A DNA stretch of 64,000 nucleotides. Origin: Dendrobates tinctorius. Its lineage: Eukaryota. This document shows, in pieces, positions 47,376 to 59,850 of this stretch. Location: the NCBI RefSeq assembly GCF_039654945.1, contig NW_027361684.1, positions 32,240,001 through 32,304,000 of the forward strand, given 5' to 3'. A program made the translations under genes and the position numbers. Within the stretch, counting starts at the first letter, position 1, and the number at the start of each line of letters is the position of its first letter. The notes under the pieces are model-generated. The model searched no databases, was not told the DNA's origin, and saw only the letters and a program-made list of their open reading frames with translations.

Positions 47376-49022
47376 CAGTCATATGTTAAAGTTTGGGCAC
47401 CCCTATTAATGTTAACCTTTTTTCTTTATAACAATTTTGGTTTTTGCAACAGCTATTTCAGTTTGATATATCTAATAACTGATGGACTCAGTTATATTTC
47501 TGGCTTCAAATGAGGTTTATTGTACTAACAGAAAATGTGCAATCTGCATTTAAACAAAATTTGACCGGTGCAAAAATATGGGCACCTCAACATAAAAGTG
47601 ACATTAATATTTTGTAGATCCTCCTTTTGCAAAAATAACAGCCTCTAGTCTCTTCCTGTAGCTATTAATGAGTTACTGGATCATGGATGAAGGTATTTGG
47701 GACCATTCCTGTTTACAAAACAATTCCAATTCAGTTAAGTTTGATGCTCGCCGAGCATGGACAGTCCGCTTCAAATCATCCCACAGATGTTCAATGATAT
47801 TCTGGTCTGGGGACTAGGATGGCCAGTCCAGAACATTGTAATTGTTCCTCTGCATGAATGCCTGAGTAGATTTGGAGTGGTGTTTTGGATCATTGTCTTG
47901 CTGAAATATCCATCCCCTGCGTAACTTCAACTTTGTCACTGATTCTTGCACATTATTGTCAAGAATCTGCTGATACTGAGTTGAATCCATGCGACCCTCA
48001 ACTTTAACAAGATTCCCGATGCCGGCATTGGCCACACAGCCCCAAAGCATGATGGAACCTCCACCAAATTTTACTGTGGGTAGCAAGTGTTTTTCTTGGA
48101 ATGCTGTGTTTTTTAGCCTCCATGCATAACGCCTTTTTGTATGACCAAACAACTCAATCTTTGTTTCATCAGTCCACAGGACCTGCTTCCAAAATGTAAC
48201 TGGCTTGTCCAAAAGTGCTTTTGCATACCTCAGGCGACTCTGTTTGTGGCGTGCTTGCAGAAACGGCTTCTTTCGCATCACTCTCCCATACAGCTTCTCC
48301 TTGTGCAAAGTGCGCTGTATTGTTGACTGATGCACAGTGACACCATCTGCAGCAAGATGATGCTGCCGGTCTTTGGAGGTGGTCTGTGGATTGTCCTTGA
48401 CTGTTCTCACCATTCTTCTCTGCCTTTCTGATATTTTTCTTGGCCTGCCACTTCTGGGCTTAACAAGAACTGTACCTATGTTCTTCCATTTCCTTACTAT
48501 GTTCCTCACAGTGGAAACTGACAGGTTAAATCTCTGAGACAACTTTTTGTATCCTTCCCCTGAAAAGCTATGTTGAATAATCTTTGTTTTCAGATCATTT
48601 GAGAGTTGTTTTGAGGAACGCATGATGCCACTCTTCATAGGAGAATCAAATAGGAGAACTACTTGCAAGTGGCCACCTTAAATACCGTTTCTCATGATTT
48701 GATACACCTGGCTATGAAGTTCAAAGCTCAATGAGGTTACAAAACCAAATCTAGTGCTTCAGGAAGTCAGTAAAAAGTAGTTAGGAGTGTTCAAATCAAG
48801 AAAATGATAAGGGTGCCCATACTTTTGCACCGGTCAAATTTTGTTTAAATGCAGATTGCACATTTTCTGTTAGTACAATAAACCTCATTTGAATCCAGAA
48901 ATATAACTGAGTCCATCAGTTATTAGATATATGAAACTGAAATAGCTGTTGCAAAAAACAAAATTGTTATAAAGAAAAAAGGTTAACATTAATAGGGGTG
49001 CCCAAACTTTAACATATGACTG
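47376..49022 (-). mobile_element. Full-length Tc1 DNA transposon with ~210-bp TIRs
   Basis: TA|CAGTCATATGTTAAAGTTTGGGCACCCC at both ends; long inverted repeats. Confidence 0.95.
47600..48623 (-). pseudogene. Tc1 DD34E transposase with a premature stop at 47814-47816
   Basis: GEGYKKLS, SGRPRK, WTDETKIELF, FQQDNDPKH, WPS*SPDQNIIEHLW. Confidence 0.93.
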
Positions 49023-49399
49023 TATGTCTCTGGCAATCAGGGATTGCCAGTGTTAGGCTGGAGTCACACCTAACATATAAAAAAATCGGTCCGATTTTGA
49101 CGGTTGAGAATCACACATGTTCCCCGAACAGTGATCCGTATGCAATCCGTTTGCAATTCGAGGATGCGATTTCCTCGCATCTAAGTATCCCTGTGACATC
49201 CGTATTGCATCCGTATGGCATACGAATGGCGTGATTTTCTTGCAGCCTTGCAAAATGGACATATAACGGTTTCTTGGCCTGAAATGAATTGAAATCATAA
49301 TCAGCAACCCTATTTATTGGCTCAACAACAGGTGACAGCCTCCAATCACTGCATTAGAGTCCGTGCTTTTGTTGTGATATTTCTGCTTTGTGTCAAAAA

Positions 49400-51280
49400 T
49401 TTCAGACAGGCTTACTTTCAACACTACTGAGCGAGTGCTTTTCCACTGGGTTTTGTCCCGACATTTTGGGGAGCCACACCCAGTGATTGTGGATCCGAGG
49501 AGGCGGAGATGAATGTGGGTACATACGCTTTTGCGGCGACGGCTGACTAAAGGCCATTTCCATCATCTATATGCTTCTCTACGTAGTCATCCTGACAAGT
49601 TCTTGCAGTATTGTCAGATGAGACTGCCCACATTTGACATTCTGATGGATATTGTGCGCCCTGGGATCACCTTTAAAGACACTAAGATGCACAATTATAT
49701 TTCCATAGAGGAGCGCCTTTTACTTACATTACATTATGTATTCATCCTCTATGTTGATGATGTATTTTCCTTTTTTTTCTTTAATGCACTCATGCCTTCG
49801 ATTTTTTGGTCCATGCTCTTTCATTATTTTTACTCCAACATTTTTCCTTTGACATTATATGCTGGTTTTAATACGAGCAAAGGCATTGCATGTTTTTTAA
49901 TTTTTTAAAGGCAGGGCTTATTAGCTATTGCCGATAACTTTAAGTAAGGACTAAACTGTTTTTGGCGGCATGGATTCTTCTTTTTTTTTATCTTCCCTTA
50001 TAGATTCCTTTCCACTGGGCTTTCCTATGCGGCACTGTATCTTGAATTCTTAATTGGCAAATCCACCATCTCAAGCACTGTCCGTTCTACCGGCTTCGAA
50101 ATATGGTCCTGACTACATCAATCGGTCATGCCTGAGCCCAAAATCAAAGACTGGCTGCGCATAGCCCGTGGGTTTGAGGAAACGTGCCAGTTTCCTAACT
50201 GTATTGGTGCACTGGATGGAAAGCACATCCATGTGCGTAGGCCACCAATTTCAGGGTCCCAATATTATAATTATAAACAGTATTTTTCTGTAATGCTGTT
50301 GGCCCTGGTCGACAGTGCCTACAGGTTTATAATTATATATATTAGGGCCTATGGAAGAACTGGAGACTCCAGAGTCTTCAATTCTTCCATAATGGTTCGG
50401 CAGCTGCACAATACTCTAATAATTTTGACCTCCCACCCCCACGTCAGCTACCAGGGTCCACTATAGGGTCCTCCTGTCTGCACCACTGAGGTAATATGCA
50501 TTCATTGTAGTGTTTATTTATTGCACTTCAGCTCCTTACCTTTTTTGCCCGCTTTGATGTGTGAATATGCATCTCAGGGATAATTATCCCTATACTTTGC
50601 ACTAGCATATATTGTTTATTCCATTTACCTACTATTTACACTTTCATCTGCATTTTGCACTTTTTTAGGGTTTGATATTCCAATGTCTTCACAATGAATA
50701 CTGTCATGGTATCTTTATTTAAATCACAAGATCTCTAATGCGCATATAGAAACAAACCTCAATTTTTTGCATAGTCACTTTCTTGGCATATTTTACCTAT
50801 ATATGTAAATTTCATGTTATTTGGGATATTTATCATCAGCAGCTAATTATGTCATTTACCGCTATGTTGCAGCAGTATTTCTTTTTGTTGCAGTGTCCTC
50901 AATTTTTATGCAGAAAACGCTTTTCATAAAAATTATTTTAATAATACCATAATAAAAATTTGTTATATTTTAGACTTGGCTTCCATTGTTCTTTTTTTGG
51001 AAGACTCATATTTGAAGCTGTTCGCATTTTCATATTAGAAATTCTCAGGGTCCACTATGGAAGCGGTGCCTTATGTCATGGTTTCAGATGAGGCCTTTCA
51101 ATTAACATGCCACGTCATGAGGCCTTATCCACGTAGAGCCCTGGACCACCGACGCAGAATATTTAATTTCCGCCTATCCCGCGCACGAAGACCAGTGGAG
51201 TGTGCCTTTGACATTCTTTGTGTCAAATGGCGGATCCTACAGTCAGCCATTCAACTTAGTGAAGGAAATGTGAATGAGGT
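49400..51280 (+). pseudogene. Harbinger (HARBI1-like) DDE transposase, with one intron (~49736-50003) and an insertion
   Basis: MWVH...KFLQYCQM...ERLLLTL / FLSTG; FPNCIGALDGKHI; YYNYKQYFS; MVSDEAF...MRPYP; FNFRLSRARRPVECAFDIL. Confidence 0.88.
50465..51045. mobile_element. AT-rich non-coding insertion with 13-bp TSD (retroposed, possibly Penelope-like)
   Basis: CAGGGTCCACTAT at 50452-50464 and 51046-51058; AATAAA near the 3' end. Confidence 0.7.
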
Positions 51281-51349
51281 TTTCTTTTTTCAAACAATCA
51301 ACCATATTGCCATCATATGGCATATTTGGCCTATAAAACTGGGCCTATA

Positions 51350-52962
51350 TTAAAGTAAACAATTTCCATCAACAGAAAATAAGGGCCATCTCCAAAGAAC
51401 CTTACAAGTTCTGGTAGGTTGTGGTGGTGATGGCGGGAGGGCAGAATATGAGCTGGTAGGCCTAGGGTGTTGCTCAACATGTGGGTTGGAAGATGTGGAG
51501 GTAGGATTCTGGACCAAGGATTTATCCTGTTTATAACCATAATAGTGGGTTTGAGGGTATGGCTGAATGAACTCATGGGTACTGGAGTGGCCCATTTGTT
51601 CATACTCCCCAATATGGTCATGTCAAGCATACCCATGTTGGGACCAGCTTCCAACAGTGGGTCTGCTCAAGTGGCCATATTGGGCAAGTGCTGTACAATC
51701 ATAACCATCACAGGTTGGGGCTGATGTAGGGTTGGGACGGGCTGTGGCTGAGGTGCCATACATGGAGGTGGTGCAGCGATTGATCCTGCCTGCTCTTCTG
51801 GGATTCCTGGCATCTTCAGAAGGTTATTTGATGACATTTGCCAACTTTCCAAGAACAGAAAAGCAGGGTTAGGGTTGTTTGGGGGTGTGCAGGCATCAAT
51901 GAGGATTTGTATGGCACCTCTTCCCCGCAACCTCTCCTCACGTGGAATGGGCCATAAGTAGCGTGCCAGACTGCGTGTGTATGCTTCCTTCCCATCGTCA
52001 TTAACAGTTCTGGACAAATAGTGCAAAACACCCCAGTGTCCACCTGCCTCCTGTTGCCTGTTGTGGTTAGCTCCCTCCTGCACCACCCACGACATGGTAT
52101 TCCAGAAGGCTGGGGTGATGTATCCAGAGGCAAGGTTAGACTGCTGCTTTGGCCCCAGGCCTCGTCCTCTGGGTTTGCCTCCTGTGTGGCAGAAGGCTCT
52201 GCTGGTAGACGTGGTGATGGTGAATGGGTTCTGCCTGTTGGTGCCGAAGATGGGCCAGTCACTTCGTCATCTTCCCCAACTGGGTCAATGTTGACCTCAG
52301 ACTCCAAAGCTGTCTCCCTCTCTGTAAGGTTTGACTCCATTCTGCTGTTAAACACAAAGTAGAATAAAAAATATATTAAAATATGCTTGTTTAAAAAATG
52401 TGGTGTCATGCATGTACTTACGGTCTGAGATCTATGACCGGTGCAAGAAAACTGAACCTGTCATTGTGCAGATATTTCCGTTTCTTGGGGTTGTATCACC
52501 ACTCCGGCCCCAATGCTACCGTTCCCGCCGCTACTGGTCTCGGCAACTTCGCCAGCGTCTTGTGACATCAGTCACTGCAAACAAACACAACAAATGTATT
52601 AACTTTCAATCACAGTGTGTAACTTCCAAAATATAGGCTTCAATGTAATGTGGCCTGCTACTTAGCATGTGTATAGTCTGAAATATGCCACATATTACAA
52701 ACCACATCACATATGATGAGGTTATTTTAATTTAGTACCTCATGTGAAACTTTACATATTATTTTTTTATGATTGTACTTACTAATTTGTTGCTGCACCT
52801 CACGAGGTCTTTATTCAAAATCGGGGTACATTTATGTGCAGATTCTCCTCCATGTGCCTCCTTACATGCCCGGTCTGCATAGTGTGCATCCTGTTGATCC
52901 CATAGTTCTGGCCTCTCTTGCACCAGAACTATGAGTATCTCCACGTTATTGTGTGGGGCCAT
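51350..52962 (-). pseudogene. Harbinger MADF/Myb-like DNA-binding gene, three exons (52962-52783, 52574-52422, ~52341-51350)
   Basis: ILIVLVQERPELWD...Y.DR; RRWRSCRDQ; GTAAGT donors at 52782 and 52421; TTGCAG and AACAGCAG acceptors. Confidence 0.8.
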
Positions 52963-53999
52963 GATGCTGGATTCCGTGGAGGTGTTTCCTGAATTTTTCT
53001 AGACGTTGCAAGGGAAATTTGTATGCCAAAGCTTCCTGACAATGCCTGATTTAATTTCCTGTCACCTGGAGAATGCTTGCGCATTTCTCGCAAGTCACAC
53101 ACAAGGTCCATGTGTTGTCCGTTTTTTTCTCGCACCCATAGACTTGCATAGGCGAGACTCGGCCGATATACGATGTAAATCATGCAAATCACAGCATGCT
53201 GTGATTTCTCTCACACGTATAAAACGGTGATGGGAGCTGCCCCATAGATTAACATTGGTCTGAGAGCGATGCGATTTTTTTCTAGCATAGCACTCGTTCG
53301 TATTCCTCTCTAGTGTGATTTCAGCCTCAGTTTTCAAAAACGTAAGTAGTCCACACCTAAGTATATCAATAATACAATAATAATTTTTTCAAAGCAAAAA
53401 AACAAGAATCAAAAACAAACCACCTTTATTTAACACCCTTCATGACCCAGCCTATTTTGACCTTAATGACCAGGCCATTTTTTGCAATTCTGACCAGTGT
53501 CCCTTTATGAGGTAATAACTCAGAAATACTTCAACGGATCCCAGCGATTCTGAGACTGTTTTTTCGTGACATATTGGGCTTCATGTTAGTGGTAAATTTA
53601 GGTCGATAATTTTTGCGTTTATTTGTGAAAATAATGGAAATTTGGATAAAATTTTGAAAATTTTGCAATTTTCAAATTTTGAATTTTTATTCTGTTAAAC
53701 CAGAAAGTTATGTGACACAAAATAGTTAACAAATAACATTTCCCACATGTCTACTTTACATCAGCACAATTTTGGAAACAAATTTTTTTTGTTAGGAAGT
53801 TATAAGGGTTAAAAGTTGACCAGCGATTTCTCATTTTTACAACAAAATTTACAAAACCATTTTTTAGGGACCACCTCACATTTGAAGTCACTTTGAGGGG
53901 TCTATATGGCAGAAAATACCCAAAAGTGACAGCATTCTAAAAACTGCACCCCCCCAGCTACTCAAAACTACATTCAAGAAGATTATTAACCCTTCAGGT

Positions 54000-56195
54000 G
54001 CTTCACAGGAACTAAAGCAACGTGGAAGGAAAAATTGGACATTTTAGTTTTTCCAACAAAAATTTTCTTTTAGCATCAATTTTTTCATTTTTACATGGGC
54101 TACAGGATAAAATAGATCCTAAAATTTGTTGTGCAATTTCTCCTGAGTACACCGATGCCTCATATGTGGTCATAAACCACTGTTTGGGTGCACGGCAGGG
54201 CTCAGAAGGGAAGAAGCGCCATTTGACTTTTTGAATGGAAAATATGCTGGAATATTTAGCGGTTGCCATGTCGTGTTTGGAGAGCCCCTGTGTGCCTAAA
54301 CATTGGAGATCCCCCACAATTGACCCCATTTTGGAAACTAGACTCCCCAAGGAACTTATGTAGATGCATAGAATGCACTTTGAACCCCCAGGTGCTTCAC
54401 AAATTGATCCATAAAAAAAGTACTTTTTTTCACAAAAATTTTCTTTTAGCCTCAGTTTTTTCATTTTCACATAGGTAACAGGATAAAATGGATCCTAAAA
54501 TTTGTTGGCCAATTTCTCCTGAGTACGCCGATACCTCATATGTGGTCATAAACCACTGTTTGGGTGCATGGCAGGGCCCGGAAGGGAAGGAGCGCCATTT
54601 GACTTTTTGAATGGAAAATTAGCTCCAATTGTTAGCGGACACCATGTCGCGTTTGGAGAGCTCCTGTGTGCCTAAACAGTGAAAAAAAACCACAAGTGAC
54701 ACCATTTTGGAAACTAGACCTCTTAAGGAACTTATCTAGATGTGTGGTGAGCACTTTGAACCCCCAGGTGTTTCACATAAGTTTATAACGGAGAGCAGTG
54801 AAAATAGAAAAATCATTTTTTTCCTCAAAAATGATTTTTTAACCCGCTATTTTTTATTTTCACAAGGCTAACAGGAGAAATTGGACCACAAAAGTTGTTG
54901 GGCAGTTTGTCCTGAGTACACCGATACCACATATGTGGGGGGAACCACTGTTTGGGCGCATGGGAGAGCTCGGAAGGGAAGGAGCACCATTTTGGAATGT
55001 AGACTTTGATGGAATGTTCTGCGGGCCTCATATTGCATTTGCAGAGCCCCTGATGAGCTTATCTAGATGTGTAGTGAGCACTTTGAACCCCCAAGTGCTT
55101 TACCGAAGTTTATAAACGCAGAGCTGTGAAAATAAAAAATCATTTTTTTTTCTAAAAAATGATTTTAGCCCGCTATTTTTTATTTTCCCCAGGGTAACAA
55201 GAGAAATTGGACCCCAAAAGTTGTTGTTCAATTTGTCCTGAGTATGCTGGTACCCCATGTGTGGGGGGGGAATCACTGTTTGGGCGCACGGCAGGGCTCA
55301 GAAGGGAAGGAGCGCCATTTGACTTTTTGAATGGAAAATTAGCTCCAATCGTTAGCGGACACCATGTCGTGTTTGACGAGCCCTTGTATGCCTAAACGTT
55401 GGAGCTCCCCCCACAAATGACCCCATTTTGGAAACTAGACCCCCTAGGGAACTTATCTAGATGCATAGTGAGCACTTTGAACCCCAGGTGCTTCACAGAA
55501 GTTTATAACGCAGAGCTGTGAAAATTAAAAATCATTTTTTTCCTCGAAAAATGATTTTTCAGCCCGCAATTTTTTATTTTCATAAAGGTAACAGGATAAA
55601 TTGGACCCCAAAAGTTGTTGTCCAGTTTGTCCTGAGTACGCTGGTACCCCATATGTGGGGGGGAACCACTGTTCGGGCACATGTTGAGGCTCGGAAGGGA
55701 AGTAGTGACGTTTTGAAATGCCGACTTTGATGGAATGGTCTGCGGGCATCATGTTACGTTTGCAGAGCCCGTGATGCGCCTAAACAGTAGAAACTCCCCA
55801 CAAGTGACACCATTTTGGAAACTAGACCACCCAAGGAACTTATCTAGATGTGTGGGGAGCACTTTGAACCCCCAAGTGCTTCACAGAAGTTTATAACGCA
55901 GAGCCGTGAAAATAAAAAATCATTTTTTTTCCACAAAAATCATTTTTTTAGCCCCAAATTTTTTATTTTCTCAAGGGCAACAGGGGAAGATAGACCCCCA
56001 AAAGTTGTTGTGCAATTTTTCCTGAGTACGCTGATACCCCATATATTGGGGTAAACCACTGTTTGGGCACACGTTGGGGCTTGGGAGGGAGGGAGCACCG
56101 TTTGACTTTTTGAGCGCAAAATTGGCTGGAATTGAGATCGGATGCCATGTCGCATTTGGAGACGCCCTGATGTGCCTAAACAGTGGAAACACCTC
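54000..56195 (+). repeat. Tandem satellite units (~350-390 bp, mixed variants)
   Basis: ACTTAT.TAGATG marker at ~54354, 54730, 55057, 55451 and 55837. Confidence 0.85.
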
Positions 56196-56197
56196 AA

Positions 56198-56446
56198 TTC
56201 TAACTACAACCCTAACCCCAACACACCCCTAACCCCAACACACCCCTAACCCTAATCCCAACCCTAACCATAACCCTAACCACAAGCCTCACCCTAATGC
56301 CAACCCTAACCCCAACACACCCCTAACCCTAATTTTAACCCTAATTCCAACCCTAACCCTAATTCCAACCATAACCCTAATTCCAATCCTAACCCTAATC
56401 CCAACCTTATCCCTAATTCCAACCCTAATTCTAACCCTAACCCTAA
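56198..56446 (+). repeat. Degenerate telomere-like (CCCTAA)n tract
   Basis: CCCTAA, CCCCAA and TTCCAA hexamers. Confidence 0.9.
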
Positions 56447-57933
56447 TAGAAAAATAAAAATATCAATATTTTATTTATTTTATTATTTGTCCCTACCTAT
56501 GGGGGTGATAAGTGGGGGTGATTTACTATTTTTTTACTTTGATTGCTGTGCTATCAGTGATCAAAATGAATGAATGGAATCTGCGGTTTGGCAGATTCGA
56601 TGGGCGCACTGGGCATGTTCCCGCCATTTTGGAAGATGGCAGCGTCCATGATCCGGGACAGTGGGAAACCGGGAGCCACAGCGGGATTCGGAGGGTACTG
56701 GGGGGAGTGATCGGAAGGTGGGGGGAGCAGAAGGAAGGGGAGGGGGAGAAGATGATGACGGCGGCGGCAGATCACCCCTGTCACCCGGTGGTGGGGGCGA
56801 TCGCCCCCGTCAGTCGTGGGGCGGGGCGGATCGGTGTCTCCAGCCATGCCCGATACTATTTCAGCACAGGCCACGGCTGGATTGTAATATTTCATCAAAT
56901 TTCATTGATGAAATATTACTATCACTCTGATTGGCTGTTTCACTTTTAACAGCCAGTCAGAGCGATCGTAGCCACGGGAGGGTTAAGCCACCCTCCCTGG
57001 GGTGAAGCACAAAGCCTCCTTTATGTGCGGGTCGGTGACCTTTTAGTGACCCAGTTTACCCCACCCGCAGGTGGGCTATCATTTCATGATGCCAAATAGG
57101 CATCATGGGTCGGATTGGCACCGACTTTTATTACGTCTACATGGTGTCAAAGGTTGGGAAGGGGTTAAAGCATGACACATCAAACAGAGACAAACAATGC
57201 AGAGTCAAAAATTCCATAAAAACGCATGTTAGAAAAACGCACACAAAAAGCGCAAGTAATCTAATTTAAATAATAGGTGCAGAAATTATGCAACATGAAA
57301 AACTCACCAAAAGATCATCGTGATGACGAAGTCTAAAGCAAAGGTGTTAAAGGGGTTATCTCATTAATCATTTTCATAATTAATTTTCCCCTTTAGTACT
57401 TTTCAATAGCATCATTTTTTGCTCCATACAATTTATTGATTACATTTCATTAATTCTTTCTGGAGAAAATAAAAAAATTACATTTAACAATGTGCAACGT
57501 TCATTGTACAGCACAAATGCGGTTATCCTTCTGTGTGTCAGTACGATTATGGCCATACGAAGTTTATATATTTTTTGGTTTCTTTTACTATCCTTGCACA
57601 CTAAACATGCTTTGAAAAAATCTATTTTTATGTTGCCTTTTTCTGAAACTTTTTTTCATTTTTGATTGACAGAGCTATGTGAGAGCTACTTTTTTTTGCA
57701 GTACAAACTGTATATTTCAATTATACCATGTGATGTTTAGATCACTTTTTATTCCATTTTAGTATGTGGAATAACAAAAAAAGAAAATCACTATTCTTAA
57801 TTTTTTTTTTTTTCTTCATTTTATTTCTTTACTGTGTTGTCTGTGCTTTGCAATTGATTTTTTTTTTATATTTTACTATTTTTTACACAACGAACAAAAG
57901 CTATCATGCACTTGTACTCAGTTTGGTTCTTAA

Positions 57934-58302
57934 AAGGGCTTTCCCTCTTTTAGAAAAGTGGAGCCCAAACAGTTCTTGTAATGTAAATTAGGAAAGTAAG
58001 ATCAAAATCACCTTTCCCTCCTGCTGTAGTTTCTGTGTTTTTGCTGCAATGGTGACATCAACAGCTTGCGTGACTGCAACCAATCACCGAGCTCAGTGGC
58101 TCTGCTGATGAAGACTGTAGAAGTCGCTGTGCTCAGTCATTGGCTGCAGTGGTGATGTGAGTGTCAACGCAACATCAAATTGCAGCCAAGAGATTGGAGC
58201 AGCAGCGGGAAGCTGGCGCTGATGTGGGTGAATACTATATAGTTCTGTTACTGTACATTATTGAACTCAATTAGAGTCCTCTTTTCTAAAAGAGGAAAAC
58301 CG
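57934..58302. mobile_element. T2-type MITE (degenerate)
   Basis: TTAA start; inverted TTCCCTCTTTTAGAAAAG / CTTTTCTAAAAGAGGAAA ends. Confidence 0.55.
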
Positions 58303-58455
58303 TGAGGACACAGAATTTTTTTATTTTTTTCACAAAAGCCATAACTTTATTTTTCTATCACCATAGATGTTAGAGGGCTTATGTTTTGTGAGACAAATTT
58401 GTATTATTAAAGGGTCCCCCGTGCCCCCAGAACCACCAGCAGTGGTATCTACCTA

Positions 58456-59575
58456 CAGTAAGGAAAATCAGTGTTTAATACACTGCTGATATTGCAAATT
58501 TTCCCACCTACAAAGAATGGAGAGGTCTGTACACACTTCTACTGTGAAAAACAGAATCTAAAAAATAAAAAAAAAACACAGAAAATCACATTGTATGGTT
58601 TTTAAATAATTAAATTGCATTTTATTGCATGAATTAAGTATCTGATCACTTATCAACCAGCAAGAATACTGGCTCTCTCAGACCTGTTAGTTTTTCTTTA
58701 AGAAGCCCTCCTATTCTGCACTCATTGCCTGTATTAACTGCACGTGTTTGAATTTGTTACCTGTATAAAAGACACTTGTCCACACACTCAATCACACTTC
58801 AACCTCTCCACCATGGCCAAGATCATAGAGCTGTCTAAGGACTCCAGGAACTAATTGTAGATGAGAACAAGGCTGTGTTGGGTTACAGGACAATAGGCAA
58901 GCAGCTTGGTGAGAAGGCAACAACTGTTGGCGCAATTATAGAAAATGGAAGAAACACAAGATGACTGACAATCTTTCTCAGTCTGGGGCTCCATGCAAGA
59001 TGTCCCCTCGAGGGGTAAGGATGATTCTCTAAAGGTCAGGAATCATTCCAGAACTACATCGGAGGACCTGGTCTATGATCTAAAGAGAGCTGGGACCACA
59101 GTCTTAAACATTACCATTAGTAACACACTACGCCGTCGTGGATTAAAATCTTGCTCACGCCAGCACATGTCCAGGCCTGTGAGAAGTTCGCCAATGACCG
59201 TCTGGATGATCCAGGGGAGACAGGGGAAAAGGTCATGTGGTCAGATAAAACCAAAATAAACTTTTTGGTATCAACTCCACTCGCCATGTTTTGGAGCAAA
59301 AAGAAGTATGAGTACAATCCCAAGAACACTGCCCCAATCGTGAAGTATGGTGGGGAAACAACATACTTTGGGTGTACTTTTCTGCAAAGGGGACAGGACA
59401 ACTGCACTGTAATGATGGGGTAACGTATCGCGAGCAGTTGGCCAGCAAACTCCTTCCCTCAGTAAGAGCATTGAAGATGGGCTGTGGTTGGGTCTTCCAG
59501 CATGCCAATTACTCGAAACACACGGCCAGGGCAACTAAAGAGTGACTCCGCAAGAAGCATTTCAAGGTCCTGGAG
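58456..59575 (+). mobile_element. 3'-truncated Tc1 transposon (second family)
   Basis: TA|CAGT start; ATG at 58813 [12 protein letters not shown]; VMWSDKTKI; [12 protein letters not shown]; [11 protein letters not shown]. Confidence 0.85.
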
Positions 59576-59850
59576 GACAGAAGACTTTGTATCATGCGCA
59601 GTGCACCTCTCTGAAGCCAGAATGCATACACCCGGCTTCAGAGGCTCAATGATATGAGGACACAAAGACGAGCCCATGCATGAGATTTGCATAGTGCTAG
59701 CGATGACGGCTCTTGTAAGTCATGCTATCATGCCCACAGGGGTGCGAGATCATAATAAGGTAGTCGACTAGTCTGGGGAAACTAATGCCCCATCAAATAG
59801 ACTAAGGATTCATTTACATATCTTTTTCTAAAAAATGTATGTGTATCCAA

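Larger units (their letters stand above)
49056..53326 (+). mobile_element. PIF/Harbinger transposon (two convergent genes), degenerate
   Basis: TTA|GGCTGGAGTCACAC...GTGTGATTTCAGCC|TCA; transposase on plus, MADF gene on minus. Confidence 0.88.
53434..57164 (+). mobile_element. Complete TTAA-flanked piggyBac-like non-autonomous element (3.7 kb)
   Basis: TTAA|CACCCTTCATGACC...GGTTGGGAAGGGG|TTAA; about six satellite units, CCCTAA tract, GC-rich tail; no transposase. Confidence 0.85.
46225..57333. mobile_element. Harbinger-type MITE split by four nested insertions
   Basis: Left end TTA|GGCTACGTTCACACGATGAG; right end ATCATCGTGATGACGAAGTC|TAA; imperfect ~45-bp inverted ends. Confidence 0.55.
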
